A DNA stretch of 64,000 nt from Azolla caroliniana (Eukaryota; Plantae; Polypodiophyta): positions 1,798,001-1,862,000 of the forward strand of contig JBHGNT010000009.1 in the NCBI GenBank assembly GCA_043228905.1. Reading direction: 5' to 3'. Numbering within the stretch: position 1 is the stretch's first letter; each line of letters starts with the position of its first letter. Below the pieces are notes generated by a model that did no database searches, was not told where the DNA came from, and worked only from the letters and a program-made list of their open reading frames with translations. Shown one piece after another: positions 26,990 to 39,490 of this stretch. Both the position numbers and the translations under genes were made by a program.

Positions 26990-28905
26990 TATTAGGATGT
27001 ATACATTTGGTACCAGGTCTTATGTGTTGTTAACTATGAGCACGTTGAAGAAAGATTGTGTCTCAAGATGCAACTACTTTGTGTACGTTGAATGTGGAAA
27101 ATAGAGGAGGATTGGTCATTGTTCTTCAAATCTTGCATTCAAGATGTGGTTTTCATGATCGAAGATGATTTAAGGCTTTAAAAGACTTGACCATCGTTCT
27201 TGAGTGATTAACTTTGTTTCGAAAAATGGTTTTGGATGGATTCAATCCGGACAAAGTCACACGCACATGCATCCGCAACTCATACACTAATGATGGTTCT
27301 GTCTTCGATGTGTAGGTGAATTGGACAAAGTAATGGAAGTGGCTAGAAGGATGCCATATGGCCCTCATCTTCTGTGTTTTGAAGCTATGAGCAAAGAGGT
27401 ATGCTGATTGGGACTACCAGTTAGAAATGTAGTCTCTTGGACTGCATCGATATCTGAATATGCTGAGTATGGTTATGTTGAAGAGATTCAGTATATGGTG
27501 AACCAAGAAAGTTCTAAGCCATTTTGAAAATATGCAACGCCAACACATTTTCTTGTATGCTGAAAGTTTGTAGCATGATTCGATCTATAAACAAGGGAAG
27601 ATGCAATTCTTGGCAATGCATTATTTTATATATATTCTAAATGTGGTTTATTTGCGAGGGGAAGGAAGCAAAGGTAAAACTTATTTCAAGAGGATGCAGT
27701 GTGATCACCTCTTGCCAAATACAATCACTTCCATTTGCATATTCAAGGCTTGTTCAAGCACATGGGCTTTACATAGAGGAAAAACACAGAAAGTGCTCAA
27801 GGGGCTTCTAGTTCTTGGCTTCTAAGAATGCACTAATTTCAGGATATTACGAGTATAGATTTGGCCATGCATCATTGAATCTTTTTGAACAAATACTAAA
27901 TGATGGTCTTTCTCTAGATGTAATCACCTTGGTAAGTTTGTTAAAGGCATGTGGCAGTGTAATAATGGTTGATAGGCATAGAAAGTCACAATGAAATCAT
28001 GAGTAAGAGGATGTTAGAAAGCAATATTGAGCTTGGGAGTGCTTTGGTGGACATGTATGCTATATGTGGCAAGCTTGAAAAAGCACAAAAAACAATCAAT
28101 GTGGTCTCTTGGAATGCTTTGATATCAGGATATGCTAAAAAAGCACTAGATTCTTTAAGGAAAATGTAACTCGAGGCATTGAATCGTTTTGGATCATTAC
28201 AATGCGATCATCAGTGCAACATGAGAGCATCTTAAGAGTTGTTCAACCATTGGTAATGAATAATTTTATGGCAGACAATGCATTGGTGGATATGTATACC
28301 AACAGTGGTGGAGTCACTCAAGCACAAGAGATTTTTAGTGGATTTCTAGTTAGAGATGTGACTTGCTTGAACACAATTATAACAAGAAATATTCAATATG
28401 GGCAAGATGAAGAAGCATTGAATCATGTGGGATCATTGCAACGCGAGAGCATCTTGCCAAATATGGTCACTTATTTTTGACTTGGAAGAAGCATTCACAA
28501 TATTTTCTAAGCAACATAACTGAGGTGCAATATCTTACAACGCAATGATTTTTGGGTATGTGTGGAATAATAAAGGTTTTTCAGCTTTGCACAGCCATGA
28601 TGCATGATATGTGCATGTATTTTAGATGTGGAAACTTGGAAGAAACATTCACTGTCTTTTCGAAGCAACATAATCAAGATGTGGTGTCTTACAACACAAT
28701 GATTTCGGGGTATGTGCAGAATAATAAAGGTTTTTCAGCTTTGAAACCTTTGAGCAACAAATATGTGTAGTTGGTTGACCTTATTGATAGCATGTAGATG
28801 CTTTGGCAATATAGATAGGGGGAAATTGTGCTTGAATGAAGCTTTTTGAAATTGGATCCTGATACAATACTAGGATATGCATTGATGTCAAGCATGTATG
28901 TTGAA
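26990..28905 (+). pseudogene. Decayed PLS-class PPR(-E) pseudogene
   Basis: PPR fragments in shifting frames: GSALVDMYAICGKLEKA, NVVSWNALISGYA, DNALVDMY..G, DVVSYNTMISGY. The E-domain relic WLTLLIACRCFGNIDRG..GYALMSSMYV lies at ~28770-28905. Many stops and frameshifts; no introns apparent. 5' limit approximate. Confidence 0.85.
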
Positions 28906-29468
28906 AGTCACATAGTGGAGGCTATATATCTCCTAATCATCTCTCATTTTGGTAAAATAAGTGGACCGTATTTTGTAGATGATATGCTTTTTTAAAACTA
29001 ATGGAAGGATATATTGTTTAGAAAAAAAATATTGTTGGTGAAAAGATTAATCAACTAGAGACCCTCAAGTTTGGCGACAATGCTCAATGCCTTTAAGTAC
29101 ATTAAAAGAGTGACACCTTAAAATTTTCAGTAGTATTCAACTTCATTCCCTATCATCCACTACATATCTTAGAATGCAAAAACTCAAGAAAGCAATAGTT
29201 TTCATACACATGGCTTTGAGGAGGTTGTGATGATTTGACTTGGAAAAGAAATTTTTGATAATTTGATCCATAACAACAACTTGTGATTGCTCAATACATT
29301 TAGTAAATTATGATAACATGTGACAATGAATATTTAATTCCTGCTATGTGTTTTTGAGATTTTAGATTCCTTTTGGAAGTTTGAAAATAATATTTAAAGT
29401 GAGAAAATATAATAAATTGTGCACATTGTGGATTTAACAAATCATAGCTTAAGTGTGTCCATTCTAAA

Positions 29469-32400
29469 TTTATCTCTTTAACGTAGAGACTTTTTTTAGA
29501 GTGATGGCAGGGTTTAGGGTTGTAGGGAGGGCGCCGAACGCAACAGACTCCTTTCTCCTAACACGAGTCAACGTCACAGGAAGTGATGAAGTGGTTTACG
29601 GCTGCACAGAGCACCTCGAATGAACCACATCGATGCTGAGTTTCCTTATCCCTATAGTGTTAGGTACGTCTTTTTTATTAGGGTGTAAGGTTAATAGTAG
29701 GGCATTAGAGGGCAAGGGAGCCAAAGGGCAACATGCTACAAAAGAACATGTTGGCAAAGGAGCCATTGGAGGGTAGGAAAGCATCATTGGCATCAATTAA
29801 AGTACCGGTGGCAAGGGTGTCGGCCGTCCGGTGGGTGGAGTCGAGGTATGGACTACAAAGGATGATTAATGATCGGGAGAAGAAACATGTTGGGAATTTG
29901 GAACACAGGGAAGCAAGTGACACATGGAAAGACGTAGGGAAACATATTAATGGAGGAGTTGGTAGGATATGTAAGGAATTGGTGGATTGGACAGATAAGA
30001 GGGGATGGATGGAAGAGGTGTTTAGGGCTCCTTCGAGCAGTATGGTTGCAACCATCTTCACAGTGGCTGGCAGTGAGGATTCACGAGTGTGGGGAGAATC
30101 AGATGTTTGGAAAGTAGATATCCGGAAGCAAGAAGTTGGGGGAGATCATTCCAACCTTGCATTATGCCATATGGACCAAGAGGGGCAGCGGGGACCGCAA
30201 GGAGGGTCGCCTCAAGGGTTGGTTATTGTGGAGAGGGAGGCCTCGGAATACACGTTGCAAGTGGAAAATCTTTTGCAAGAATGTGGTTAGGCACATAATG
30301 CATACCTGAGAGGAGATCATGATAAGGATGTGAAAATGATGGAGACTTCTGAGGTATTGGATGTTTTTTTGTCCGAAGAAGAAAGTACAATCCTAAATGC
30401 CGAGATCAAAAGATTAAAGAAGTGTTCGTTCATTTGTAAGCTACTTGGTGGTCGGCCCAGTAGAGGTATGGTCCGTGACATGCTACCGGTAGCTTTAATG
30501 GATAAGGTCCCACATATAAAGAATGTGGATAATATAGGATGAAATTTCATTCACATTTAAGTGATCGAAGGGAGTGATGTATCACAAATTATCAATATGA
30601 AATGTGTAGAGCTCAAATATGGAAGAGCTCTTTTGTTGGAGTGGCATGCTAATTTCAATGTTATGGATGAGGCTAAGAAAATTGGTAATCCCATGGTGAT
30701 ATCTATGGTGATATCTATGGTATTCCCTAATCTACTACAACATTTATATCCTTTGATGCAAAATATTGGGGAGAAGATTGGCATAATTTGTCCTTCAAAG
30801 GCAACCATGGTAGACAAAATTAGAGACTCCCCTAATATTAGGGTGCTTGTGCAAATTTTGTCCACACTCCCCTCTCTAATTAGGGTGCATGAAGTGGAGG
30901 CAAGATTGATAGATGTGGAAGTGGAATATGAGAGTCTATGTGGCCAATGTTTCTATTGTAAAAAAAAGGGGCAAATTGCTAAGGAATGTCCAAGGAAAAT
31001 TAATAGTAATGTAAGGGGGGAGAAGGTTACAGGGCCGTTAGCTAAGCAAGAGACGATAAGGGCGACAAGATCGAGTACCCTCAATGGGGCTGAGAAGGCG
31101 AACACTAGTGCAAATGGCTGGACTCATGTTTTGGGATGCAAAAATGGCTTGCAATGAGAAGTAAACACGGATATGCCTCATGTAGATTTGGAAAATCATT
31201 TTGAAGTGTTGCAAGAAGAGGAGGACCTAGCACAGGATCCAAGGAAAACTATTGTTGAAGAGTTGGTAGCATGTACACCTGAGGTCCCGTTAAAAAGTGC
31301 AACACTTAGACAAGATTGAGAGCAATGAAAAACTGGTTACGTAACAGGAGGTGTCAAGAAAGCTCAGCCATCACTCCCGAAAGTTGCAAGCGTTGAGACA
31401 AGTATGGAGGCAGATGTTAGAGTTCTAGCCAAATTTTTTAGGTCAAAAATATTGGAAGGGGACATGATGGACAAGGGATATAGGTTTAGTCAACAGGCTC
31501 TTACACGGTTGACTACAAGGGATATTGAAAGCCCTAGGGCTAAGGGTTTATGTAGTTGTTGCTGAATGTAACAAGTTGCCGACTATAGGCTTCTCTTTTG
31601 ATCTAACAGGCCTAGAGGTTACAACTAGTAACATGCCGCAGATCTCCAACTCTATAGAAGTCAAGGTGCACAAATACTTTAACAGCCTACCTATCACCTG
31701 GAATGGAGATAATTGGATGTTGATGTAGCTGAATGTTGAAATGATATGTGGGAGTTTCGATAATTCTTGCATTAAAAAGCAGCTTCTACTATGCCTAGAG
31801 GAGACAGTAGACTCCCTCGATGAGGTGTTACACTTCCATGAGGAGGAAATGGAAGAAGCGACAAGGTAAGATGTTGTTTTAGGATGGGAGAGGATCAAGG
31901 CGGGAGCTTGGGCATGGAATCATAGGAATGGACTATGTCCTTCTTGGGAGACTTCAGAATTGATCTCATGAAATTAATCACGTGGAACATACAAGGTCTA
32001 GGCGGCAACAAATGCATGTTGGAGAGGAAGAACCTTCGTCAAGAGTTCAAATACCCAAGCTTTATGGGGATCCCAGACATTTTGCTCTTGCAAGAGCACC
32101 ATTTGAGTGCGAATAGAGTCTTGAGTATTGGCAATCCTCTTGCGGGGGATTGGCATACTTTTTGGTCCCCAACGCAAGGTGAGCATGGTAGAAAAGGGGG
32201 TGTTTGTACATCTATCAAGAATAATTTGGATATTATTGTTGTGGGCCAAGGCACCATAGATAGTGGAGGGACATGCCATCTATGTGACTGTCAGATGGTA
32301 GCAATGTATCATTGGAATAATAAATGTGTACGTGCCCAATTCATCAGCGATGCAGGCCCTTTTTTGGAGGCAATTGGCTGATGGCCTACCGTTTGCAAAT

Positions 32401-35400
32401 GCATGGATCCTCGCAGGGGATTTTAACATGACTTTGCACATAGAGGACAAGGTGGGGGGCATGCATACAATGGTGCAAGGGGTAGAGTTAGTTGCATGGG
32501 ATTTGTTGATGGGCAGAATGGGAGTGAAAGATGCTTGGTATGTACTAAAAAACCTGCTTCTCAAGAGAAGGTTGCAGTATAAATGGCTTTTGTATGTCTC
32601 GCATAGACAAAATATACATAAGCTCAGAATTGGAAAAATATGGCAGTAATGTTGAAATCATCGCAGGTTTAGCTTACTCTAATCATATGCCAGTTATGAT
32701 TATACTGATCAATCAAAGGAGGGGAAAAAGGGACTGCAACTTGAGGTTTAGCACTAAACTTTTTGAGGATGCGGAGGTGGGAAGGAAGATAAGGAGTATA
32801 TGGGAAAATAATCCAGTTGGTTGTGGTGCACTGGATAATCTTTGAGGAAAGATTATAGAAACTTCAATGTACTTGCATGAAGAGACTAAAAATAGAAATG
32901 TGAGGTCTAAGGAAAGAGAGGCGAGATTAAGAAGATTGATCGCGACTGCCCAAAGAATGCTTCAGAAAAATCCCAAGTGTTAATGGTCGAGATTAGGGCT
33001 GGAGGCTGCTAAAGAAACACTACAACGGTTGATTGTGTCTACAAATAAGATGGCATTCAAGAGTTCAACAACATGGTGGAGCAGGAATGGGAACAAGGTG
33101 AACCAACAATTTTTTAAGTATAAAAAACCGAGAACAAATGGTAGCTACAATCCTAAGTTGATTAAGGAGGATGGTTCACTATCAAAGGATGTATTGGAGA
33201 TCATGGAGGTAGTCACAACTCACTATAGTGGGCTACTCTCAAATAGTTAAGTTGATTAAGGAGGATGGTTCACTGTCAAAGGATGTATTGGAGATCATGG
33301 AGGTAGTCACAACTCACTATAGTGGGCTACTCTCAAATAGTTATAATCGCCCCGATCAGCCTTCACTAGTAGAATTTGTACTGGAGGGAATGCAACCAAG
33401 AATTTCAAAGGTTGCATAAGTTAAGTTGTCAAGGACACTCTTGGAAGAAGAGGTGTCAGACGATTTGGCAAGTATATGTACCACATCTTGTCCAGGTGTC
33501 AACGAATTATCAAAAGATTTTTTTGAAATTTTTTGGGAAGTGATTATGGTTGACCTAGTTGCTGGTCAAAATGAGGCATGGGATGTTGGGTGCTTACCTG
33601 AGCATTTTAAAGAGGGGCTGATATTTCTAATTCCTAAGGTACATGGTATAATAACGGATGTGAGGCAATGGAGACTGATTACGTTGCTCAACACAATCTA
33701 TAAGATTTTTGCTAATATTCTGGCCAAGAGGGTCAAACGCCACTTGCATGTGCTAATTAATGTTGGACAAATAGGATTCATGGAAAATAGATGTATAATT
33801 GATAATATGTTGACCTTTTGGGAGGCGATTGCCTTGGCAAAGAAAACCAATCAACATATTGCATGTCTCCTGCTTGACTTCGAGAAGGCATATGACAAAG
33901 TACAATGGCCTTTTTTAGACAAAGTCATGGAGCGTTTGGGACTACCCTCAAAATGGATATTAGGTGCGTTGGCCCTTTACAAAGGAAGCTTGAGTAGGGT
34001 GTTGGTGTTAGGGCAACGGGGCCCATCAATTCCATTACGCAGGTCAGTCAAGCAGGGGTATTTATTTCAGAGGCATTCTCTTACTTTTTAAATAGACCGG
34101 ATGCAGGAATACGGGGATTGATTGTCCCACATGCATGCAAGGACTTGTTGAACTCCATGTATGTAGATGACACTATGCTCTATCTGCAAGGCAATGATGC
34201 TAATTTGCAGCAGGTCGAAAAACGAATTGAGTTGTTTTGTAAAGCATCAGGTGGGAAAATTAATTGGAACAAAAGTAGAGGGTTTTGGGTAAGTCCAAAC
34301 CCATGGCCGCTTTGGCACCCTAATGCTGATTTTCAATGGGTCCCTAATGGAAGGGCTGTTAAATATTTGGGCTTTTTGGTGGGAGTTGAGATTCAGAAAA
34401 ATCACCAACTTGAGCAAGTGAAAGATAAAATCAGAAAAAAGTTTCGGTTATGGGCATCAATAAAGCTTTCCCTTTGCAGGTAGAGTGGTTGTGGTCAAAC
34501 CCAGACCCAGGAAAGTTGGAAACTGATTGTAAGCTTTGGATAGTTGACAACAAGCACGTATGTGATTTGGATTGGGATCCGCTAGAGGTGTGGTGGCAGA
34601 AACCGGGAACAGACAAACTGGAACGGTTTTTCGAGTACAATACTAAGCTAGGAAGGCAAATCATTGGCTCCAAATAAATGGGAACTGCTCTAACTCGCAA
34701 TAGTTGGAAGGATAAAGGCATTTCTTATGACTTATTGAAGTCGTTTTGGAGGAGACTATGAGCGTTCGATATGCCAGAAAAAATAAAGCTTTGGTTGTGG
34801 CTTCTTAGTCATAAAGCGGTACCAGTGGGGGAGTGGCTCAGGTGTCGTGGTGGTGAGGTTGGTTGCAAGATATGTGGACACCCTTTGGAATCAATTCCTC
34901 ATTGTTTTTGGAATTGCAGAGAGGCTATTTGCGTTTGGGGTAGAAGTCTCAGGATAGTGGCAACATGCGGTGTGAATGGGAGAGTTGTATGGGGGTTCGT
35001 ACAGGGGCTTAAGTTAACAAGGGAAGGCTAGGCTGAACAGTTAAACCCCCATGGTCATGGATTTATATTGGAGGGTGGCAAGGTGTTTCAAAGTGTTGGA
35101 GTTCGACTTGGCACTAACTCAGAATTTTTTGAAGAGATATGGATGATGGTGACTTGTTTATTGGTCTGGCACATTTGGACCAGGCGTTGCAAGTTTGTTT
35201 TTCAACAACAAAAGATCCCTAGCGGTGAGGTGTTGTTAAATATCTGGTTCGATCTGGTATCTTGGCTGCGGGGACAGTACGACTCGATTAAGGGGGAATC
35301 TGATGCAGCTGAAAGAGCTCGGTCAAAGTTCATGCTGAAATGGGGTAGATCTCCTATGGTGGGCAGATCATCATCAGGGCCTGAATGGAACTACCAAGCA

Positions 35401-35638
35401 CCCCGATGGTTGTTTCCGCCAATGGCGTCCATCAGGGACCAGGTGGTGTAAATATGTATAGATATGGTACAAATTACTAGGTTATAAGAGTTGTTGGGAT
35501 ACTTTTGTTGAAAATGAGGTGGGAACTATGATCACTTTGGTGAGAAGGCCAGAGTGAGGGTTGATGAATTTTTGGTGGTCTATGATATAATTTGTTTGCT
35601 AATTAATGCAAAGTAGTGTTTTTTTAGGAAAAAAAAAA
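29469..35638 (+). mobile_element. L1-clade LINE retrotransposon retaining both ends (ORF1 zinc-knuckle; ORF2 endonuclease-RT-zf), inactivated
   Basis: 14-bp TSD GTGTCCATTCTAAA at 29455-29468 and 35639-35652; A-tail at 35629-35638. ORF1 relic (~29730-31900) has CFYCKKKGQIAKEC. ORF2 (~31968-35451) has the APE motifs ITWNIQGLG, DILLLQEHH, ILAGDFN, SRIDKIY and SNHMPV, the RT motifs WRLITLLNTIYKI, LDFEKAYDKV and YVDDT, and the zf-RVT motif CKICG..ESIPHCFWNC. Multiple stops and frameshifts. Confidence 0.95.
33154..33343 (+). repeat. 94-bp tandem duplication inside LINE ORF2 (frameshifting)
   Basis: TAAGTTGATTAAGGAGGATGG...CTCAAATAG starts at 33154 and 33248. One mismatch seen. Confidence 0.92.
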
Positions 35639-37037
35639 GTGTCCATTCTAAAACCGATATAGGTGTTTGATGAGAAAATTGCATAGATGTTTGTAAAATG
35701 TAAAGAACCTCTTGTGGTTATAAGATATCAATGGTTGGGAAATTTGGTTAAGAGACCCTAAGGTGGACAAAATGGGGGTAGCTTTAAAAGTTTCCTACTA
35801 TTATCTTTTTGGAAATAGTGCCATGATGTGGCATGTGTAAAGGGAGAAAAACGCCTAAAGCCAAGCTTAACTATTATTTAAGACTATTGAAGAAAACGAA
35901 GGAGACAAGAAGAAGAAGAAGAAGACATAGCTCGAATCATAAGGGTTAATTACTTGAAAGATGAGGTCAAGGTTCCAAACACAACTAGGGTTGATGGAGT
36001 ATTGAATAGGATTGACAAAAGTTGGGAATGGAGCATGCAATAAACATGATTAGAATTATGTATATTTTGTGAAAGGCAAGTGCTCATCCAAGGACAAGTG
36101 ACATTGCCAAGTATGGGCCTTTTAAGAAATAGGGTCCAACCTTTGTCTGCATACGAATTACTACAAGGTGTTGAATCATTAGAGCACGAGGGAGGACTGC
36201 AATGACCAAGGCAAAGTGGTTGTTGATCATAGACTCACCACACCAAAACTCAAGGGTATTCCTTGATATTTTATCTTGATCTCACCTACCCTATTGTAAC
36301 GGGATTATATTTTGAATGTTTGTGTTCTTCTTGACGAATTTCTGGGGAAATACAACCCCTTTAATGTCTAAGTTGTTATGTACTTCAAAATAACACTATA
36401 AATCATAATATATGATTCGTTCAACGACGAGGAATGTGAAGAAATGTTTGGCTCAAAAACTAAGCACGAAACGAGAAACTACACATCATATTATCTATAG
36501 TACGCTCTAACACAACAATTGCTATTGCTATCATTGTTGCTCGCTTAATTGGGAATTGATGCCTAACACTAACCCTTGGCCACATGAGCCTAGGTTTCCC
36601 ACTTATACAATTTTATGTTTTTTCACTTAATATGGAACGTCAATGCAATTTGACCACTTATTCCCACTTATTCCAACATCCACACTCTTATATATTTATA
36701 GACATGCGTATTTACACTTAGCCCCATATACCCGTTAATACAAAGTTGCAAGAAAATACCAAAAGCTAAGATTATATTTAAACAAATGTCTCCAAATGGT
36801 TGCCATTCACTTGCAAGCGACATTCTCAAGAAGGGAAATTTCTAAGCCCCATTGACACGTATCAAATGGAAAAGTATTCACGTGCAATTCTTCATTAAGT
36901 ATGTCATCTCTTGTTTTGTTTCTTGGTAGTCTCACTTAGCTTTCACACGTCGTGTCATAATTTTGCGGCAACATAAAAGCAAAAGAGAGTTCTAAAACAG
37001 AGACAAATATGAACCAATACATAATATATGAAGCTAT

Positions 37038-37183
37038 GTTGATGCTTTGTTGTTTCCTTTATACATGTTGTTTTCTTGTACCCATGCAAATTGGCTTGTA
37101 ACATATGAGTTGTAAATTATCCTATGTACTTTTTCTTATGTAATGGAAGTAGTTTGTTTTTGGAAAATAAAGTAAAATAAAAT
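37038..37183 (+). mobile_element. ~146-bp retro-insertion (truncated LINE or SINE 3' end) with A-rich tail and 14-bp TSD
   Basis: Flanked by ATATATGAAGCTAT at 37024-37037 and 37184-37197. Ends TAATGGAAGTAGTTTGTTTTTGGAAAATAAAGTAAAATAAA. Confidence 0.75.
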
Positions 37184-39037
37184 ATATATGAAGCTATATA
37201 CAAGTCCATGGATGGACATGTATTATTGCAGCAACACAATGGTTGATATTTTGGGTTTTCCATAACTTAAACCAACCTAATATTGTGGTCAAAGGCATTT
37301 ATGCTTTAATGTTGTAGGGAATGTGAGGATGAATGATGGGGCTTATATGGGAACATGAGTGATACTGGACATGTTTTTTGTATATGAGTGTGTTCACTTA
37401 CATCTACTAAGTTAACATTCATCATAGAAAAAAGAATTGCTTTGTGATAATGATGGGAACATCAAAGCAATCAGGCCATGGTGTGTATATGTATATCATC
37501 GAGTTCATTATTCATACGACAAATGAGCTTTTATATTTAGGTATGCATACATTCTTTATCCATCCATCCACTAATCATACATATGTGCATACATAGTTCC
37601 AAACATATCCATATGAGATTAAGAAACCACATTGTTACAAGTTTGAGAAAAACCAAAAATATTTCTAGTGTCAAGAATAATAAGTGCATTTTGATAAAAT
37701 TTCCTAAAGAAAGTTCTTCTCGAGGTTTAATTAGGAAAATTGTAGACTTAATCTTGGACCTTTTAGCGATTTATGGGTATTCGGAAATAGGGAAAATGCA
37801 TTCTTCCTTGGGGAAATTTTGACTTTGTAGACAATATGTCATAACCTTGATGTCTCTAAGATATTTACAATGATATGCATAGGGTTTTGGTAGCATCTAC
37901 ATAGAACCTTTACCTAAACTCACTAAGACCATGATCAAACCTTTAGCTAAAATCACTAAGAACATGTACAAACCTTTATGGCATGCAATGTGATAGGGTT
38001 TTGGTAACATCATTAAGATCACCTCTTATCGTTTAGGGTCTTGAGTCGGTAAATAAACAATTACTAGGGTAAGGGAGTGGTCATGTCCCATACAACACAT
38101 ACATTGCTCAATCTCCACAACCTTATAAAAAGTGCTTAAAATGGAATTGTAGTTATATCTTTATGCATGGACATAAGTGATGGGTGATACAAAGTGAGTC
38201 TTGAGTGGAATAGAACTTTAAAACAACAAGAAAAACAAAATGGCATGTAATGATGGAGTCCTATAAACAATACAAGCAAACAATACCAAATCCTAAAATA
38301 ACATTTGAGTAATATGAATTTTAACATTATGGAGACCAAGTTATTTTACATTTCCTTGGAACATAGAATGGAAGGCAAAGCACGAAGAAATCAATATAAG
38401 GCAAAATGGAAGTTGCTAGAATAATGACCTATTTAAAACATTTTTCTGTTTCTCATCTTGAAGTTAAAAATTGACGCATGTACGTGGTGGCCTGACCGCT
38501 CTCGCAATGTCTTGACATAGCTTTTGGGATGCATCAATGCGCACCATATTGAAACTAATAGAAACCAGGGACACATATTTGTTTTCTTTTCACTTGTTGG
38601 GTTCTTGTCTACTTGCTCACCACATTTCTCGAATGGAAAAGGGTTAGAACCTCCTAATCCTAGTGATCTATTCAAATGGCCATTTTTGCAAATTTCAAAG
38701 AAAGGTAATGCTTTTTTACAAAAGTCGCATCTCTCAACACATAAGAAGGCAACGAGGTGATGCATTTGAAAAAAGAAGAGCATAGACATTGCCATTTTCT
38801 AAAAAGCCATAGTACTAAAATTTGCTCCGAAATTTGGCTTTACAACATTAGCATCAACATTTCCAACTAGTTGTAACTGCAAAGAAAGATAAAAGGCTTA
38901 TTTTATTTCTAGGAAAACTCTGAAATAGTGCTGGTTTTTTCGAGTTTCCCCAAATGCCCCCCCTATTTTTTTGTTATTCTTGCAAACACCTTGATCAAGT
39001 CCATGGAAGGGAGAAGCAAAAGCATTTAATCAAGAAG

Positions 39038-39224
39038 AAAGGGATTCAAAATAATTATGCGTTCGATCAAATTATGTGATTTGAACAGATAATTGAGATA
39101 AAAGGGATTCACACAATTATGTGTTGGATTGATTATGTGATGCGAACACATATTGGAGATAAAAGGGATTCGAGCAAATGATGTGTTTGATTGATAAAAT
39201 GTGATTTGAACACATAATTGGGAC
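39038..39224. repeat. Three degenerate ~61-bp tandem units upstream of the PPR gene
   Basis: AAAGGGATTC...ATGTGTT.GATTGAT..ATGTGATTTGAACA.ATAATTG recurs at ~39038, ~39100 and ~39160. Confidence 0.75.
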
Positions 39225-39490
39225 AAACGGGAGGAAATTTGACCATACGAGCTCTAAGAAAAGAGCAAAAAGCACACATAATTGTTGTGGGCATTTTGTG
39301 AAATGAAGAAAACACGGAGGGGTGTAATTAGGGATAAGTTTTTGGGCTGTTTCTGTAATTTCAAAGAAAGGCGAGGCGAATTTGGTAAGTATAGTCTATC
39401 TTGCAGAAGAAAGCAGAAATAGAGAGTCCGATGGGATTCATGATATAGAGAAAGCAGAAAATATCGATTTTCGACAGAAAGCATTCGGTC

